Made by a program: the position numbers and the translations under genes. Under the pieces are notes generated by a model that was not told the DNA's origin, searched no databases, and was given only the letters and a program-made list of their open reading frames with translations. DNA of 64,000 bases. It comes from Candidatus Kapaibacterium sp. (GTDB lineage: Bacteria; Bacteroidota; Ignavibacteria; Kapaibacteriales; UBA2268). The stretch covers positions 3,936,001 to 4,000,000 of the forward strand of contig OY762428.1 of assembly GCA_963665665.1 (NCBI GenBank), given 5' to 3'. Positions 62,108 to 64,000 of this stretch are shown piece after piece (the stretch's first letter is position 1; each line of letters begins with the position of its first letter).

Positions 62108-63532
62108 CTATCTTTCAATCCTGAAGCGCAGGATTCTTATATTGTTTTCGAGCTCTAATCGCAGGAAGTATGTACCCGAGCTAAGGCTGCCCGTGTCTAT
62201 TCCGGCAGACAAATTGCCAATGCTGCCTTCGTGCGCTTTTTTGCCGTTAATATCGCTGATACTGTAATTTACAGCCGGGCCTGTTTTCTCGGTTTCAAAA
62301 TTCAAAAATATTCTGTTACGTGCCGGGTTGGGGTATATGAATGCCGACTGCAATTCCTTTTGCTCCACCGATACATATTTGGGTGCAATTTCTGCAAGGT
62401 ACAGATGCCTGAAATCATTCACGCCGTAAACAATCAGGTTGCCGTTGTCCTTTTCTGCAACCCCGCCAAGGTAGTTCTCGCTGTCCCTTGCCCAAATATA
62501 TTTTTCTTCAATATCTCCTTCAGGGCTAAGTATTACAATCATAAAATATTTTTTATAATGGTCGGCAACATCCTGCCATTTGCCCCATGCAACAATTTTG
62601 CCATTTTTTAATTCTTTAATACCCCAAAGAAACCATCTTTCACCAAAATCATACTGCCTTTTTAATATAATATCTCCGGACTTATTTAATTTCAAAAGCA
62701 ACCATTGTTGATTGCCGTTTTCCGGCTTTGTTTGGCAATTATAATATTCAGTTCCGTCTTTATTTTCAATTACATTATAGTATGAGTAGTAACCAACTCC
62801 CGGATCAATTTTTTTTCCTGATATGTAATTTCCTTCCGAATCAAAAATTGTTCGTACAAAATATGATTGCTTAGCAAATTCCATATCGCCAGGCCCGGCA
62901 TAGTCCATTTGATAATTTCCGTTTGAAAGCGCTTTCAAGTTTCCGGGCTGAAATATTGTTAATACATCCATATCAATTTGTTCCTTATGCAGGACAAAAG
63001 AATTAATTGTATCCATCCTTAAATTATAGCATGTAAAAACAGTAGTATCTGTTACAAAAATATGAAGAGCATATAATATCGAATCTCCGCGCGGGTATAT
63101 GTCAGCAAATAAACGCATATCATTTTCAGGGTATTCTTCGATAATATTTCCTTCGCCGTCAAGTTTCTTTTTTTTAATGTAAAAACTTACGTCATAGGGA
63201 TCTTTCATTGTGTAGTAAACAATCGAATCGTTTTCCTTTCGAACTCTGTCCTGGTAAAACTTATCGCTTCCCTTAAAAATTTTATGATAGTTAATATCAA
63301 GATCTTTTGAGCATGAGATTATTCCGGCGCCCTGGAGATTATCATTACCGCTGCTGTAAGACGCAGTATATATTAAATATAAATTCCCGTCAATTTCATA
63401 CATTTCCGGTTCCCAGGGTTTTTCATGCCCTGGCGCTTCAATAAACATTTCATTAATAATATCGGGTTCTTCGGTAAAAATATTAATAGCGCTTATGGAT
63501 AATAATAGTAAAGCAAGTCCGAATGTTTTCAT
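62108..63532 (-). CDS. T9SS-secreted protein (propeller-like N-terminal region + CTD)
   Basis: Signal peptide; C-terminal SVE...IYPNPA...SDING...LSSGTYFLRL. Confidence 0.88.
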   Translation of the reverse strand: MKTFGLALLLLSISAINIFTEEPDIINEMFIEAPGHEKPWEPEMYEIDGNLYLIYTASYSSGNDNLQGAGIISCSKDLDINYHKIFKGSDKFYQDRVRKENDSIVYYTMKDPYDVSFYIKKKKLDGEGNIIEEYPENDMRLFADIYPRGDSILYALHIFVTDTTVFTCYNLRMDTINSFVLHKEQIDMDVLTIFQPGNLKALSNGNYQMDYAGPGDMEFAKQSYFVRTIFDSEGNYISGKKIDPGVGYYSYYNVIENKDGTEYYNCQTKPENGNQQWLLLKLNKSGDIILKRQYDFGERWFLWGIKELKNGKIVAWGKWQDVADHYKKYFMIVILSPEGDIEEKYIWARDSENYLGGVAEKDNGNLIVYGVNDFRHLYLAEIAPKYVSVEQKELQSAFIYPNPARNRIFLNFETEKTGPAVNYSISDINGKKAHEGSIGNLSAGIDTGSLSSGTYFLRLELENNIRILRFRIER

Positions 63533-63613
63533 CTCATCTCCCGGGGTATGTGTTTGGATTTATTAAATTACCCATCCGATGACTTTAAGTCATCGGATGA
63601 GCTGCTGAATATT

Positions 63614-64000
63614 CTATCTTTCAATCCTGAAGCGCAGGATTCTTATATTTTTTTCAAGTTCTAAGCGTAGGAAGTATGTACCCGAGCTAAGGCTGCCCGT
63701 GTCTATTCCGGCAGACAAATTGCCAATGCTGCCTTCGTGCGCTTTTTTGCCGTTAATATCGCTGATACTGTAATTTACAGCCGGGCCTGTTTTCTCGGTT
63801 TCAAAATTCAAAAATATTCTGTTACGTGCCGGGTTGGGGTATATGAATGCCGACTGCAATTCCTTTTGCTCCACCGATACATATTTGGGTGCAATTTCTG
63901 CAAGGTACAGATGCCTGAAATCATTCACGCCGTAAACAATCAGGTTGCCGTTGTCCTTTTCTGCAACCCCGCCAAGGTAGTTCTCGCTGTCCCTTGCCCA
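63614..64000 (-). CDS. 3' part of a tandem paralog of 62108..63532 (5' end outside the window)
   Basis: Nearly identical to 62108..62494 apart from a small patch near the C-terminus. Confidence 0.88.
   Translation of the reverse strand, partial: WARDSENYLGGVAEKDNGNLIVYGVNDFRHLYLAEIAPKYVSVEQKELQSAFIYPNPARNRIFLNFETEKTGPAVNYSISDINGKKAHEGSIGNLSAGIDTGSLSSGTYFLRLELEKNIRILRFRIER

Overview
A 64 kb chromosomal window from a low-GC FCB-group bacterium. T9SS C-terminal sorting domains and overall gene content suggest Bacteroidota/Ignavibacteria/Kapabacteria (inference). Most of it is housekeeping: guaD, dnaX, bcp, ABC-F, mltB, ppdK, hslO, purH, folC, glyA, mpg. Highlights: (1) an intact gatE-gatD operon, the Glu-tRNA(Gln) amidotransferase normally regarded as archaea-specific; (2) five tandem ~1.43 kb copies of a T9SS-secreted beta-propeller-like gene, built as combinatorial mosaics of two alleles at several variable blocks, with a second tandem T9SS array starting at the right edge; (3) a TatD nuclease in frame with a signal peptide and outer-membrane-protein-like domain that has its own internal RBS/ATG; (4) a C39-peptidase ABC exporter with cNMP-binding domains plus HlyD and no visible substrate; (5) three small accessory insertions each bracketed by a diverged duplicate of a host junction (promoter-like site, gene 3' end, terminator); (6) one family of 21-bp minisatellites at two loci; (7) two small ORFs upstream of a MATE gene. 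I recognised no rRNA, tRNA, CRISPR array, transposase or reverse transcriptase. All calls are by eye from motifs; no database searches were run.
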